A stretch of 64,000 nt of DNA from an uncultured Dehalococcoidia bacterium (GTDB taxonomy: Bacteria > Chloroflexota > Dehalococcoidia > Lucifugimonadales > UBA826). The position numbers and the translations under genes were made by a program. The DNA is taken from contig CAYPDR010000018.1 of the NCBI GenBank assembly GCA_964409595.1, positions 56,064 to 120,063 of the forward strand. The letters run 5' to 3'. The notes below the pieces were generated by a model, which saw nothing but the letters and a program-made list of their open reading frames with translations, made no database searches and was not told the DNA's origin. This document shows, one piece after another, positions 11,414 through 20,480 of the stretch (the stretch's first letter is position 1; each line of letters starts with the position of its first letter).

Positions 11414-11958
11414 CCCCGACAAGCGCTGCTGAAAATGCTTTGATTACAGAAATTATTTTCTGGATTATCGCCCTATCGACCGTAGTCTCTGCTATAGCAG
11501 TAGTTCAGATAAAAGACCTGTTTAGAGCGGCATTGTTTTTGATTGTGACTCTCCTGGGAGTAGCGGGAATGTTTATATTATTGCGGGCTGAATTTCTCGC
11601 CGGCGTTCAATTGATGATATATGTGGGGGCCATTTCCGTCCTGATAATTTTCGCGATACTTATGACAAGGGACATAGATGAGGGTAGTCCTTCGCACTCT
11701 TTCAGAATACCTGTGGCATTAATTTCCGTAATATTTATGGGCCTCGCAATCTATGTGGTGTCCAACACAGACTGGAATCTGTTAAGCCCACAGGCTTTGC
11801 CCGAAGATCAAATGGGTGATGTTCAGACGATTCTGTCAAATGGAATACCCAACCTCGCGAGCATGTTATTAAGAGATTTCGTACTAGCGTTCGAAGCGGT
11901 CTCACTGCTGCTACTAGCAGCAGTGCTAGGAGCGTTAGCATTAGTGAGAGGCCGGTAA
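11410..11958 (+). CDS. nuoJ: NADH-quinone oxidoreductase subunit J
   Basis: 182-aa membrane protein containing AGVQLMIYVGAISVL. The position in the operon fits nuoJ. Confidence 0.85.
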   Translation: MTPTSAAENALITEIIFWIIALSTVVSAIAVVQIKDLFRAALFLIVTLLGVAGMFILLRAEFLAGVQLMIYVGAISVLIIFAILMTRDIDEGSPSHSFRIPVALISVIFMGLAIYVVSNTDWNLLSPQALPEDQMGDVQTILSNGIPNLASMLLRDFVLAFEAVSLLLLAAVLGALALVRGR

Positions 11959-11961
11959 CAG

Positions 11962-12312
11962 ATGACATTGGAACGGTTTCTAATAATAGGCGCTATTTTG
12001 TTCGCTATTGGACTTTACGGTGCGCTTTCCAAAAGACATGCCATTGCAGTGTTAATGTCCCTGGAGCTAATGTTCAATGGGGTAAACTTGACAGCTGTTG
12101 CCCTATCTCGGTATACGATTCCAGCAGCATTATCGCAAAGCCAATATGCGATAGATAACGCGGCGCGTTTTATCCTAACAGGCCAAATATTCACTATCTT
12201 CATTATAACCGTAGCAGCAGCTGAGATTGCTCTTGGCCTTGCAATAATTATCGCAATATATCGATCTAGGCAAACCGTTCTTGTAACAGAAGCCTCAGAC
12301 TTAAGAAAGTAG
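11962..12312 (+). CDS. nuoK: NADH-quinone oxidoreductase subunit K
   Basis: 116 aa with three TM helices and LMSLELMFNGVNL...AAAEIALGLAI. Confidence 0.9.
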   Translation: MTLERFLIIGAILFAIGLYGALSKRHAIAVLMSLELMFNGVNLTAVALSRYTIPAALSQSQYAIDNAARFILTGQIFTIFIITVAAAEIALGLAIIIAIYRSRQTVLVTEASDLRK

Positions 12313-12321
12313 AATTTTATA

Positions 12322-12516
12322 ATGTGGACTGAGTACAAAATAACTCCGAACTTAGTGACCGCCGAAATGTGGAAGGACACTTTTGAGAGCGAGGGATTGC
12401 CAACAAAAATCTTGCCAGTCAAAGATATTATCTCGTGGGGGGAAAGGGTCACCTTCAGAATTTTTGTGCCTAAAGGCCGCGAACATGTGGCTGACGAAAT
12501 CCTAAGGAAACTTTAG
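12322..12516 (+). CDS. Small DUF2007-like (putative signal-transducing, PII-like fold) protein embedded in the nuo operon
   Basis: 64 aa. The pattern VTAEMWKDTFESEGLPTKI...VTFRIFVPKGREHVADEIL resembles DUF2007. It lies 9 nt after nuoK and 3 nt before nuoL. Confidence 0.55.
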   Translation: MWTEYKITPNLVTAEMWKDTFESEGLPTKILPVKDIISWGERVTFRIFVPKGREHVADEILRKL

Positions 12517-12519
12517 GCC

Positions 12520-14550
12520 ATGATTAATGAAACGCTCATATGGCTGATATTTTTTCTGCCTTTGGTATCTTTTGCCACTATATCGCTAATTATCAGACCG
12601 TTTCTAAATCAATATTCATTTATCTCTGGGCCTATTGCCATAGCCTCAATAGGGGCAGCGTTCATAATCTCGCTGCTTGCTCTTATAGAAGTCGCGAATG
12701 ACAGCAAGCACCTTGTGTTCGGAACTCATGAGTGGTTGACGATCGGAAATTTTAGAATGACCGTCGGCATATTTATGGACCCATTGACAGCCATTATGTT
12801 GGTAATCGTCACCGGAGTAAGTTTGTTGGTCCAAATCTATTCGATTGGCTATATGAAACCACCTGAAACACACAGTCTCAATGAAAATCCACCGCCCAAA
12901 AGCAAGGAGATTCCATACGAGCTAGGACAACCTGTATACGCCAGATATTTCGCTTACATGTCGTTGTTTACGGCCTCCATGCTCGGATTAGTGATGGCGG
13001 CTAACGTGATTCAACTATTTGTGTTCTGGGAGCTCGTGGGACTCTGTTCTTATTTGCTGATCGGGTTCTGGTTTCATCGACCGGCGGCGGCGGCGGCGGC
13101 CAAAAAAGCTTTCATAGTAACCAGAGTTGGTGATTTTGGTTTTCTTCTAGCGCTGATGTATCTATTCGCAAAGACCGCCACATCTGAGGATGGCCTAAAT
13201 TATTTGGAAATAGAGACAATCAACGTTCACCTTCCTGGTCTGTTGACCCCTTTGTCGCTAACATTAATTGTTTCCGGATTGTTTGTTGGAGCTATAGGAA
13301 AGTCGGGGCAGTTCCCTTTGCATACGTGGCTTCCAGACGCAATGGAGGGTCCCACCCCAGTCAGCGCCCTAATACACGCCGCAACAATGGTAACAGCTGG
13401 AGTCTTTTTGGTCGGTAGATTTTTCCCGATTTTTGAGGCCTCCCCCGACGCAATGACGTTGGTTGCTCTTATAGGAGGTGGAACCGCTGTCTTCGCGGCA
13501 ACATTGGGGCTGGTATCGAACGATATCAAACGTGTTCTGGCCTACTCCACAGTGAGCCAATTGGGGTACATGATGTTAGCTCTGGGAACCGGTGCATACG
13601 GAGCAGCCATTTTTCATCTTTTCACTCATGCTTTCTTTAAAGGCCTGCTGTTTCTCGGTTCTGGAAGCATCAACCATGCAACAGGCACTTTCGACATGCG
13701 ATTCATGGGCGGACTCCGTAAGAAGATGCCGGTCACTTACTATACATTCCTAATTGGAAGCCTTAGTCTAGCCGGAATATTCCCATTGGCCGGGTTTTGG
13801 AGCAAGGACGAAATACTCCTGAACGCGTTGGATAGCGGAATAAACGGAGGAAGCCTCACAAGCTTATTGGTGTTCATTCTAGGAATCACCGCGGTCTTCT
13901 TGACAGCCTTCTATATGTTCAGGGCATTGTTTATGACATTTGAAGGTGAATTTAGGGGCGGCTCTGATAAAGATCCCGAGTCGAAGGCACACGGTCCAGT
14001 CCATCTGGCTGAACCACCGTACACAATGTTGGTCCCCATGGTTATACTAGCCGTCCCTGCCATAGCAATAGGGTTTATCGCCAACTCTCCTTTCCAATTA
14101 GTAGGACTGAATGCTCACTGGATGTCCCATTTCCTTGATCCCAGTTGGCATGGGGCCGATTTCAACATAATTCTGGCAGTTGGCTCTTCCCTCATAGCCT
14201 TTCTGGGAATTCTCTTGGCTTTCCTTATGTATAAACCCAATCCGTCCATATCCCCATCTGCCCTTGGAGATGCGTTCAAACCTTTATACATTTTGCTACA
14301 CAGGAAATACTACTTTGATGAATTATATGAAAGGGTCCTGGTGAAAAGAATTTATTACAGGGGAATTGCCTTAGTTTCAGATATATTCGATAGAGAATTC
14401 GTGGATCGCATTGCGAATACTATCGGATGGCTCGGAGCCAACTTCGGCAGTGTGTTAAGACAAATCCAGAATGGTCAACTTCAGACATATGCAACAGCGA
14501 CGTCGATTGGCATCATCGTAATCGCCGCCATACTCATATTCGGTAACTAA
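12520..14550 (+). CDS. nuoL: NADH-quinone oxidoreductase subunit L
   Basis: 676-aa antiporter-like subunit containing WLPDAMEGPTPVSALIHAATMV and a C-terminal lateral helix region. Confidence 0.95.
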   Translation: MINETLIWLIFFLPLVSFATISLIIRPFLNQYSFISGPIAIASIGAAFIISLLALIEVANDSKHLVFGTHEWLTIGNFRMTVGIFMDPLTAIMLVIVTGVSLLVQIYSIGYMKPPETHSLNENPPPKSKEIPYELGQPVYARYFAYMSLFTASMLGLVMAANVIQLFVFWELVGLCSYLLIGFWFHRPAAAAAAKKAFIVTRVGDFGFLLALMYLFAKTATSEDGLNYLEIETINVHLPGLLTPLSLTLIVSGLFVGAIGKSGQFPLHTWLPDAMEGPTPVSALIHAATMVTAGVFLVGRFFPIFEASPDAMTLVALIGGGTAVFAATLGLVSNDIKRVLAYSTVSQLGYMMLALGTGAYGAAIFHLFTHAFFKGLLFLGSGSINHATGTFDMRFMGGLRKKMPVTYYTFLIGSLSLAGIFPLAGFWSKDEILLNALDSGINGGSLTSLLVFILGITAVFLTAFYMFRALFMTFEGEFRGGSDKDPESKAHGPVHLAEPPYTMLVPMVILAVPAIAIGFIANSPFQLVGLNAHWMSHFLDPSWHGADFNIILAVGSSLIAFLGILLAFLMYKPNPSISPSALGDAFKPLYILLHRKYYFDELYERVLVKRIYYRGIALVSDIFDREFVDRIANTIGWLGANFGSVLRQIQNGQLQTYATATSIGIIVIAAILIFGN

Positions 14551-14552
14551 CT

Positions 14553-16046
14553 ATGATAGTAGAAGAATTCAACTGGGTTTTAAGCATAGCGGTTTTTTTG
14601 CCCGTAGTTGGCGCAATTATCACGTTGTCGTTTCTGTCCGGTAAAGCCGCCAGAAGCTTCGCGGTAATAATAACCCTAACTGAACTCCTGATCACATCTT
14701 ACATATTTTTAGCTTACCGAAACGGTCCCGGCGGCTATCAAATGGCAGATCGCATAACCGGGTGGATCCCGATCGACTCCTTCAAAGTGGATTATTACCT
14801 TGCAGTCGACGGAATCAGTGCACCTCTTGTGCTCCTTTCAGGAATTCTAGGAATTGTCGCCGTATTTGCATCCTGGAATGTTACGCACAGAATGAAAGAA
14901 CATTTCATGTGGTTGCTGGCCCTGCAGGGGGCCGTTATCGGAGTATTCACCTCTCTAGATTTTTTCTTGTTCTTCCTGTTCTGGGAATTAGAACTCATCC
15001 CCATGTTTTTCTTGATATCCATATGGGGCAGTGGCAGAAAAGAATACTCCGCAATGAAATTCCTAATTTTCACTATATTGGGAAGTGCATTCATGTTGTT
15101 AGGAATTCTGGTACTGTACTTCTCCCTAGGAACTTTCGACATGACACAGATGCATGAAAAGCTAGAACATGCAACCCTCATTTTGCCTGCGTCGGTATTA
15201 TTTTTTCTGACTATCATCGGCTTCGCCGTGAAATTGCCGGTCTTCCCTTTCCACACATGGCTTCCCGACGCCCATACAGATGCTCCGACAGCTGCGAGTG
15301 TTATGCTGGCCGGTGTACTTTTAAAAATGGGAGGATATGGGATGTTACGGGTGTCGGCTTCCATATTCCCCGACCAACTCATTGAATTTTCGTGGCTTCT
15401 GGCCTCACTGGGAGTGATAAACATTATCTATGGTGCAGCAATAACAATTCGTCAAACTGATTTGAAGCGGCTCATAGCATACAGCAGCATAAGTCACATG
15501 GGTTTTGTACTGCTCGGTCTTGCATCCACCAACGGATCCGAAGTTGTTCTTGGTATGACAGGAGCAGCCTTACAAATGTTCACTCATGGGACAATTACAG
15601 CTCTTCTTTTCCTAACTGTAGGATACATATATGAAAGGTCACACACCAGGCATATCCCTGATTTAGGTGGCCTAGCTGGGAGGATGCCTTTCCTTGCAAC
15701 TGCACTACTCATAGCTGGTCTAGCCTCTCTCGGACTCCCAGGAACCAGTGGATTCGTAGCTGAGATAACAGTTTTTCTCGGAATTTTCCCCGCCTGGAAA
15801 CTTTTTGCCATCATCGGGGCTAGCGTAGTGATTTTGACGGCAGGGTACATACTATGGATGATTCAAAGATCGATATTCGGTCCGAGACCAACCCATCATG
15901 ACAATCTTACAGACGCAACTTTACCCGAGATGATCCCTATAGCGATTTTGGTGGTGAGTATCATAGGTTTGGGCATATACCCAGAGTTTGTTTCCAATAT
16001 TTTCAGTGAGGGTATATTGATGCTCCCACCGGAGATTGTAAATTAA
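14553..16046 (+). CDS. nuoM: NADH-quinone oxidoreductase subunit M
   Basis: 497 aa containing FHTWLPDAHTDAPTAASVMLAGVLLKMGGYG. Confidence 0.95.
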   Translation: MIVEEFNWVLSIAVFLPVVGAIITLSFLSGKAARSFAVIITLTELLITSYIFLAYRNGPGGYQMADRITGWIPIDSFKVDYYLAVDGISAPLVLLSGILGIVAVFASWNVTHRMKEHFMWLLALQGAVIGVFTSLDFFLFFLFWELELIPMFFLISIWGSGRKEYSAMKFLIFTILGSAFMLLGILVLYFSLGTFDMTQMHEKLEHATLILPASVLFFLTIIGFAVKLPVFPFHTWLPDAHTDAPTAASVMLAGVLLKMGGYGMLRVSASIFPDQLIEFSWLLASLGVINIIYGAAITIRQTDLKRLIAYSSISHMGFVLLGLASTNGSEVVLGMTGAALQMFTHGTITALLFLTVGYIYERSHTRHIPDLGGLAGRMPFLATALLIAGLASLGLPGTSGFVAEITVFLGIFPAWKLFAIIGASVVILTAGYILWMIQRSIFGPRPTHHDNLTDATLPEMIPIAILVVSIIGLGIYPEFVSNIFSEGILMLPPEIVN

Positions 16047-16047
16047 G

Positions 16048-17520
16048 ATGACCTTTCATGACCTGTACCTACTTTCTCCTGAGCTGAGTGTCGCTCTACT
16101 CGCTGCTATTGTGATTACCACGGACCTTTTATTCAAGAACAAAAGAATACTGCCTTTTGTAACAGTGGTTGGTCTAATAGTTCCTTTATTTTTCAGCGTG
16201 CATCTAAGTGGAACTACTGTACAGGACGGATTCTTTGGAGTGCTCAGGGTAGACAGTTTCAGCCTCTTCTTTAAATACCTTGTGCTGGCAGCTACAGCAA
16301 TAGTGGTGATCTCCTCAAACGAATATGCGAAGAGATTTGGAAACCACCAAGGCGAATATTACTCACTGATCTTGTTCTCATCTGTAGGGATGATGCTACT
16401 GGCTTCTACGACGGAATTGATAACTATGTACATAGCTCTCGAACTAGCTGCCTTACCAACAGCAGCACTTGCGGCTTTCATAAGAGAATCGCGATCAGCT
16501 GAGTCAGGTATGAAATTCTTAATATTAAGCGCGATAAGCTCTGCGATATTACTTTATGGAATGGTTCTTGTTTATGGATTCACGGGATCTAGCCAACTGG
16601 ATCAAATTGCGGCTAACATCACAGAGCTTGGTGTTAACTCAAGTCCCGCCTTAATATTAGGCTTAGTTCTTATAACCGCTGGTTTTGGATTCAAAATTTC
16701 CGCAGTTCCCTTCCAGATGTGGGCCCCAGATGTCTATGAAGGAACCCCAACTCCCATAACAGGATTTCTTTCCGTCGCCAGCAAAGCTGCTGGATTTGCA
16801 GTCATATTGAGGGTGTTTTACACAGCCTTTGGAGTTGATTCGTTTAACATGGATTGGGCCAACTTGATAGCAATCCTTAGCGCTCTATCCATGTCAGTAG
16901 GTAACCTAATAGCTATTAGGCAAGAGAATATAAAGAGAATGCTAGCGTACAGTACGATAGCTCAGGCTGGCTACCTGATGGTAGGCTTGGCGTCTGTTAC
17001 AGCCCTTCAGGGTTCCGCAGGTTTTGGAGCAGATAAAGCCGGTCCTTCGGGCGTGCTTTTCTACTTGGCCGGCTACGCAATGACTAATTTGACAGCATTC
17101 TCAGTAATCATCGCCATATCTAACAAAACCAACAGCGATATGATCGACTCATTCGCCGGATTGGTCAAAAAGTCACCTTTAATGGCAGCAGCGATGACAC
17201 TATCTATGATATCTCTAATAGGAATACCGCCAACTGTGGGATTCATGGCTAAGATCTATATCTTTGGAGCTGCAATGGACACAGGTTTATGGTGGCTGGC
17301 AACGATCGGTGTTATCAATAGCGTTATTTCGGCATACTACTACCTAAGGGTGGTGAAAGTGATGTTTATTTCTGAGGCCACGGAATCATTACCATTACGG
17401 CCAGATGTGGGAGCTGCGTCTGCTGCTATGGTAGCTATGATAGCCACTCTAGTTTTTGGTTTATACCCAGCGCCTATAATAAACTTTGCGTATAGAGCAG
17501 TTAGCACCATTATCAGTTAA
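16048..17520 (+). CDS. nuoN: NADH-quinone oxidoreductase subunit N
   Basis: 490 aa containing FQMWAPDVYEGTPTPITGF. It is the last gene of the operon. Confidence 0.95.
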   Translation: MTFHDLYLLSPELSVALLAAIVITTDLLFKNKRILPFVTVVGLIVPLFFSVHLSGTTVQDGFFGVLRVDSFSLFFKYLVLAATAIVVISSNEYAKRFGNHQGEYYSLILFSSVGMMLLASTTELITMYIALELAALPTAALAAFIRESRSAESGMKFLILSAISSAILLYGMVLVYGFTGSSQLDQIAANITELGVNSSPALILGLVLITAGFGFKISAVPFQMWAPDVYEGTPTPITGFLSVASKAAGFAVILRVFYTAFGVDSFNMDWANLIAILSALSMSVGNLIAIRQENIKRMLAYSTIAQAGYLMVGLASVTALQGSAGFGADKAGPSGVLFYLAGYAMTNLTAFSVIIAISNKTNSDMIDSFAGLVKKSPLMAAAMTLSMISLIGIPPTVGFMAKIYIFGAAMDTGLWWLATIGVINSVISAYYYLRVVKVMFISEATESLPLRPDVGAASAAMVAMIATLVFGLYPAPIINFAYRAVSTIIS

Positions 17521-17564
17521 TCTAGAGCTCAAGAGCAGAAGAAAAGTCAGCTGATTAGTAGAAT

Positions 17565-17589
17565 GGTAAACTAGAGCGCTTCGTTTACC
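17565..17589 (+). terminator. Possible stem-loop terminator after nuoN
   Basis: GGTAAAC-N11-GTTTACC forms a 7-bp perfect stem 45 nt after the nuoN stop. The U-tract is only weak and distal (..AGAGTTTT). Confidence 0.3.
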
Positions 17590-17631
17590 TTCCACAGAGT
17601 TTTACTATTGATATCCTATCCGGTGTAAATC

Positions 17632-18525
17632 ATGAATGACGGAAGTCGAATAGCCTTCATACATAATTCCAGGGTGCCAGAGACAGAGGTGAAGGCTAAA
17701 GAGTTAGTCACATCATTAAACTTGATGAATAGGGCTTGGATTTCTTCTGCGGGAGAACTTTCTAAAAGATCTGTAGACCTGGAAACTACTGACCTTGTCG
17801 TGGTTGTCGGTGGCGATGGCACCATTCTCAGAGCAGTGAGGTCCATAAGTCCTTATGAAGCACCTATAGTCGGCATAAACATGGGCAAGGTCGGCTTTAT
17901 GGCAGAACTGACCCCAAAGGAGGCAAAAGAACGTCTGCCAGAATTTATCGACTACACCAATCACGCCAATAGCCACATTCGAGTGGAAAAACGAATGATG
18001 CTGGAAGCTAGTATCGTCTCACCAGGGAGTACTAAACCAAATTTGTCTATTCATGCACTCAACGATATAACTGTAGGTACAAGCCAAGTATCTAAACTCG
18101 TGGAATTAGAAGCTTCTGTTAACAATGTACACCTCACGAAGTTCCGCGCAGATGCAATCATAATATCGACCGCGACGGGTAGTACAGGGTATGCTCTTTC
18201 CGCTGGTGGGCCAATAGTATTCCCAGAAGCTCAGATGATGATGCTTCAACCAGTAGCGGCACATACAGGACTTCGAGACGGACTCATTCTAGCGCCAGAT
18301 TCTGTGGTAGACCTAAAAGCTTCAGATGGATACCAAGCTTCAATCAGCGCAGATGGGTTCGTTGATTCTAAATTAGGACCGGGAGAGAAGGTAGAAATTA
18401 AGAAGAGTCCATACACCGCAAAATTCCTTAGATCTCACCAGCCTGATTTTTTCTTCACCGCTTTGAACATGCGATTAGGATCAGCATACAGATCCCAGCG
18501 GCCCCCCGAAGACTCAGGAGTATAA
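17632..18525 (+). CDS. nadK: NAD kinase
   Basis: Contains GGDGTILRA and STATGSTGYALSAGGPIV. Confidence 0.9.
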   Translation: MNDGSRIAFIHNSRVPETEVKAKELVTSLNLMNRAWISSAGELSKRSVDLETTDLVVVVGGDGTILRAVRSISPYEAPIVGINMGKVGFMAELTPKEAKERLPEFIDYTNHANSHIRVEKRMMLEASIVSPGSTKPNLSIHALNDITVGTSQVSKLVELEASVNNVHLTKFRADAIIISTATGSTGYALSAGGPIVFPEAQMMMLQPVAAHTGLRDGLILAPDSVVDLKASDGYQASISADGFVDSKLGPGEKVEIKKSPYTAKFLRSHQPDFFFTALNMRLGSAYRSQRPPEDSGV

Positions 18526-18527
18526 AA

Positions 18528-19067
18528 GTGAAGGAACACCCTCTGGATTACCGAACCATTCGATCAGAATTGAAGTATGAAGGTGTGATAGTGGATGTCA
18601 AGTTAGACAGGATTATCTTGGAGTCTGGTAAAGAGGTCTTTCGGGAAGTTGTAACCCACAAACCAGCTGTCGCTATTGCACCTTTAGATGATGATGGTAA
18701 CGTCCTTCTCGTAAGACAGTACAGGCACCCCGCAAGAGAAAAACTACTTGAAGTTCCAGCTGGACTCATAGAAGAAGGCGAGGAACCGGACGTTGCTGCA
18801 ATGCGTGAACTACAGGAGGAAGTCGGATTCGCATCTAACAACCTCCGATTGCTAGGTGGTTTTTGGTCCAGCCCAGGTTTTACAGATGAATATATGTATT
18901 GCTACTTAGCAAGCAACCTAATGAAAAGGGAGCTTCCGGGGGATGATGACGAGGAAATCACAACAGAACGGATACCTTTGGAAGAGGTTCATAAACTTAT
19001 CAAACTAGGGGAAATACAAGACGCCAAAACAATCGCATTACTTTTGATGATCGTTGACGTTTTCTAA
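18528..19067 (+). CDS. NUDIX hydrolase (ADP-ribose pyrophosphatase-like)
   Basis: Nudix box GLIEEGEEPDVAAMRELQEEVG. The GTG start lies 2 nt after the nadK stop. Confidence 0.85.
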   Translation: MKEHPLDYRTIRSELKYEGVIVDVKLDRIILESGKEVFREVVTHKPAVAIAPLDDDGNVLLVRQYRHPAREKLLEVPAGLIEEGEEPDVAAMRELQEEVGFASNNLRLLGGFWSSPGFTDEYMYCYLASNLMKRELPGDDDEEITTERIPLEEVHKLIKLGEIQDAKTIALLLMIVDVF

Positions 19068-19096
19068 TCAGCCACCATCCGCAAAGGAAATCATAT

Positions 19097-20455
19097 ATGC
19101 CGATACTTGATGACATGCTAATCCAAACAGAGGGTTTAGAAGAGGAACTAGTTGAACTTGAACAAGCTCTGGTCCGTATTCCATCTGTTAACACGGGATT
19201 CATGCCCACCGGTAACGAGACACCAGTATGTGCTTATATCCAGAATTGGTTGGCTAAAGATGATATCCAATCCGAAATCCTCGAGTCAGCTCCTAACAGA
19301 GGAAACATCATAGCCAAACTGGAAGGTGCATCAGGGGATGCGGGTCTTCTTTTTATGTCTCACACAGATGTAGTACCAGTAGAAGACTCAAATAAGTGGA
19401 CCTTCCCTCCGTTTAGCGCAGAAGTGCATAACGGCAGGGTTTATGGCAGAGGTGCTTCCGACTGCAAAGGATTGCTTACAGCTCAATTGATGGCAATGCG
19501 AATCTTAAAAAGAAACAGAATACAACTTCGTGATGGGTTGACATTGATATCGGGCGCAGACGAAGAACACGGCGGCAGATATGGTTTCGGTTGGCTGGCG
19601 GAAAATCATCCCGAGACTTTAAACGCACCGTTGGCAGTTAACGAAGGCGGAGGGACACCTATTGAAGCTGCGGGAGCCATGACATACATACTTGGCGTGG
19701 GTGAAAAAGGCCGTCTCCAAGTCGAGATTGACATAAAAGGTATTAGTTCTCATGCATCTGTTCCATGGCAAGGAACTAATGCACTCTATAGGCTTTCTGC
19801 ACTTTTGGAAAGGATCAAGGAATACGAGCCAGAGAGGGACACCTCCACGGGCTTATTCGAACACCTTTCTACCTTCGCCATTGAACATAAACCATCCCCA
19901 GACAACATAGATGACATCATCTTAGAACAGGAAGAAAAGAACCCTAGACTTGCCTCTATGCTAAAAGCATTATCCCGCATGACTATAACGCCTACAATGA
20001 TCAATGGGGGCATAAAGTCTAACAGCGTCCCAGAGCAGATCAGGCTAACTTGCGATGTCCGAACGCTTCCTCATCAAGACGAAACTTATTTACGAGTTGA
20101 ACTAGATAAAATAATCGACGGAATACAAGGAATTAACTATACAATCGACTACATGGCGGTTCCCAATTCGTCAGACTTCGAAACAGAATTAAAGAACAGC
20201 TTACAGATAGCGACAAGTAGAGCATTGGATAGAGATGACGTTCAATTTGTCCCTGCGATAAGTAACGGGTTTACGGACTCTAGGTTTACTAGACCTCTAG
20301 GAATAACTACTTACGGGTTCTCAGGATCACACCCAGATGACGACCCGATGCTAAGCAGAGCTCATGGCACCGATGAATCCATAGGTATAAAAAGCCTGGT
20401 CAGTGGAACAAAGATAATGCTCCACCTTGCTTATGATCTTCTTGCCGAAAAATAA
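19097..20455 (+). CDS. M20 family metallopeptidase (ArgE/DapE/CPG2-like)
   Basis: Contains MSHTDVVP, GRGASDCKG and ADEEHGG. 452 aa. Confidence 0.8.
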   Translation: MPILDDMLIQTEGLEEELVELEQALVRIPSVNTGFMPTGNETPVCAYIQNWLAKDDIQSEILESAPNRGNIIAKLEGASGDAGLLFMSHTDVVPVEDSNKWTFPPFSAEVHNGRVYGRGASDCKGLLTAQLMAMRILKRNRIQLRDGLTLISGADEEHGGRYGFGWLAENHPETLNAPLAVNEGGGTPIEAAGAMTYILGVGEKGRLQVEIDIKGISSHASVPWQGTNALYRLSALLERIKEYEPERDTSTGLFEHLSTFAIEHKPSPDNIDDIILEQEEKNPRLASMLKALSRMTITPTMINGGIKSNSVPEQIRLTCDVRTLPHQDETYLRVELDKIIDGIQGINYTIDYMAVPNSSDFETELKNSLQIATSRALDRDDVQFVPAISNGFTDSRFTRPLGITTYGFSGSHPDDDPMLSRAHGTDESIGIKSLVSGTKIMLHLAYDLLAEK

Positions 20456-20480
20456 CTATTCTTTGTTCAAACGCCAAACT

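Noticed and set aside
13083-13097. (GCG)5 trinucleotide repeat in nuoL
   Set aside because: It simply encodes a poly-Ala stretch (PAAAAAAKK) in a loop of NuoL, is in frame, and is short. No evidence of function or instability is visible.
14795-15424. 209-aa minus-strand ORF inside nuoM, plus similar shadow ORFs at 12015-12452, 23859-24296, 28197-28610, 4021-4317 and 13227-13529
   Set aside because: All of them lie antisense to confidently identified genes and have no recognisable motifs. They are typical long antisense frames of membrane-protein or moderately GC-rich genes.
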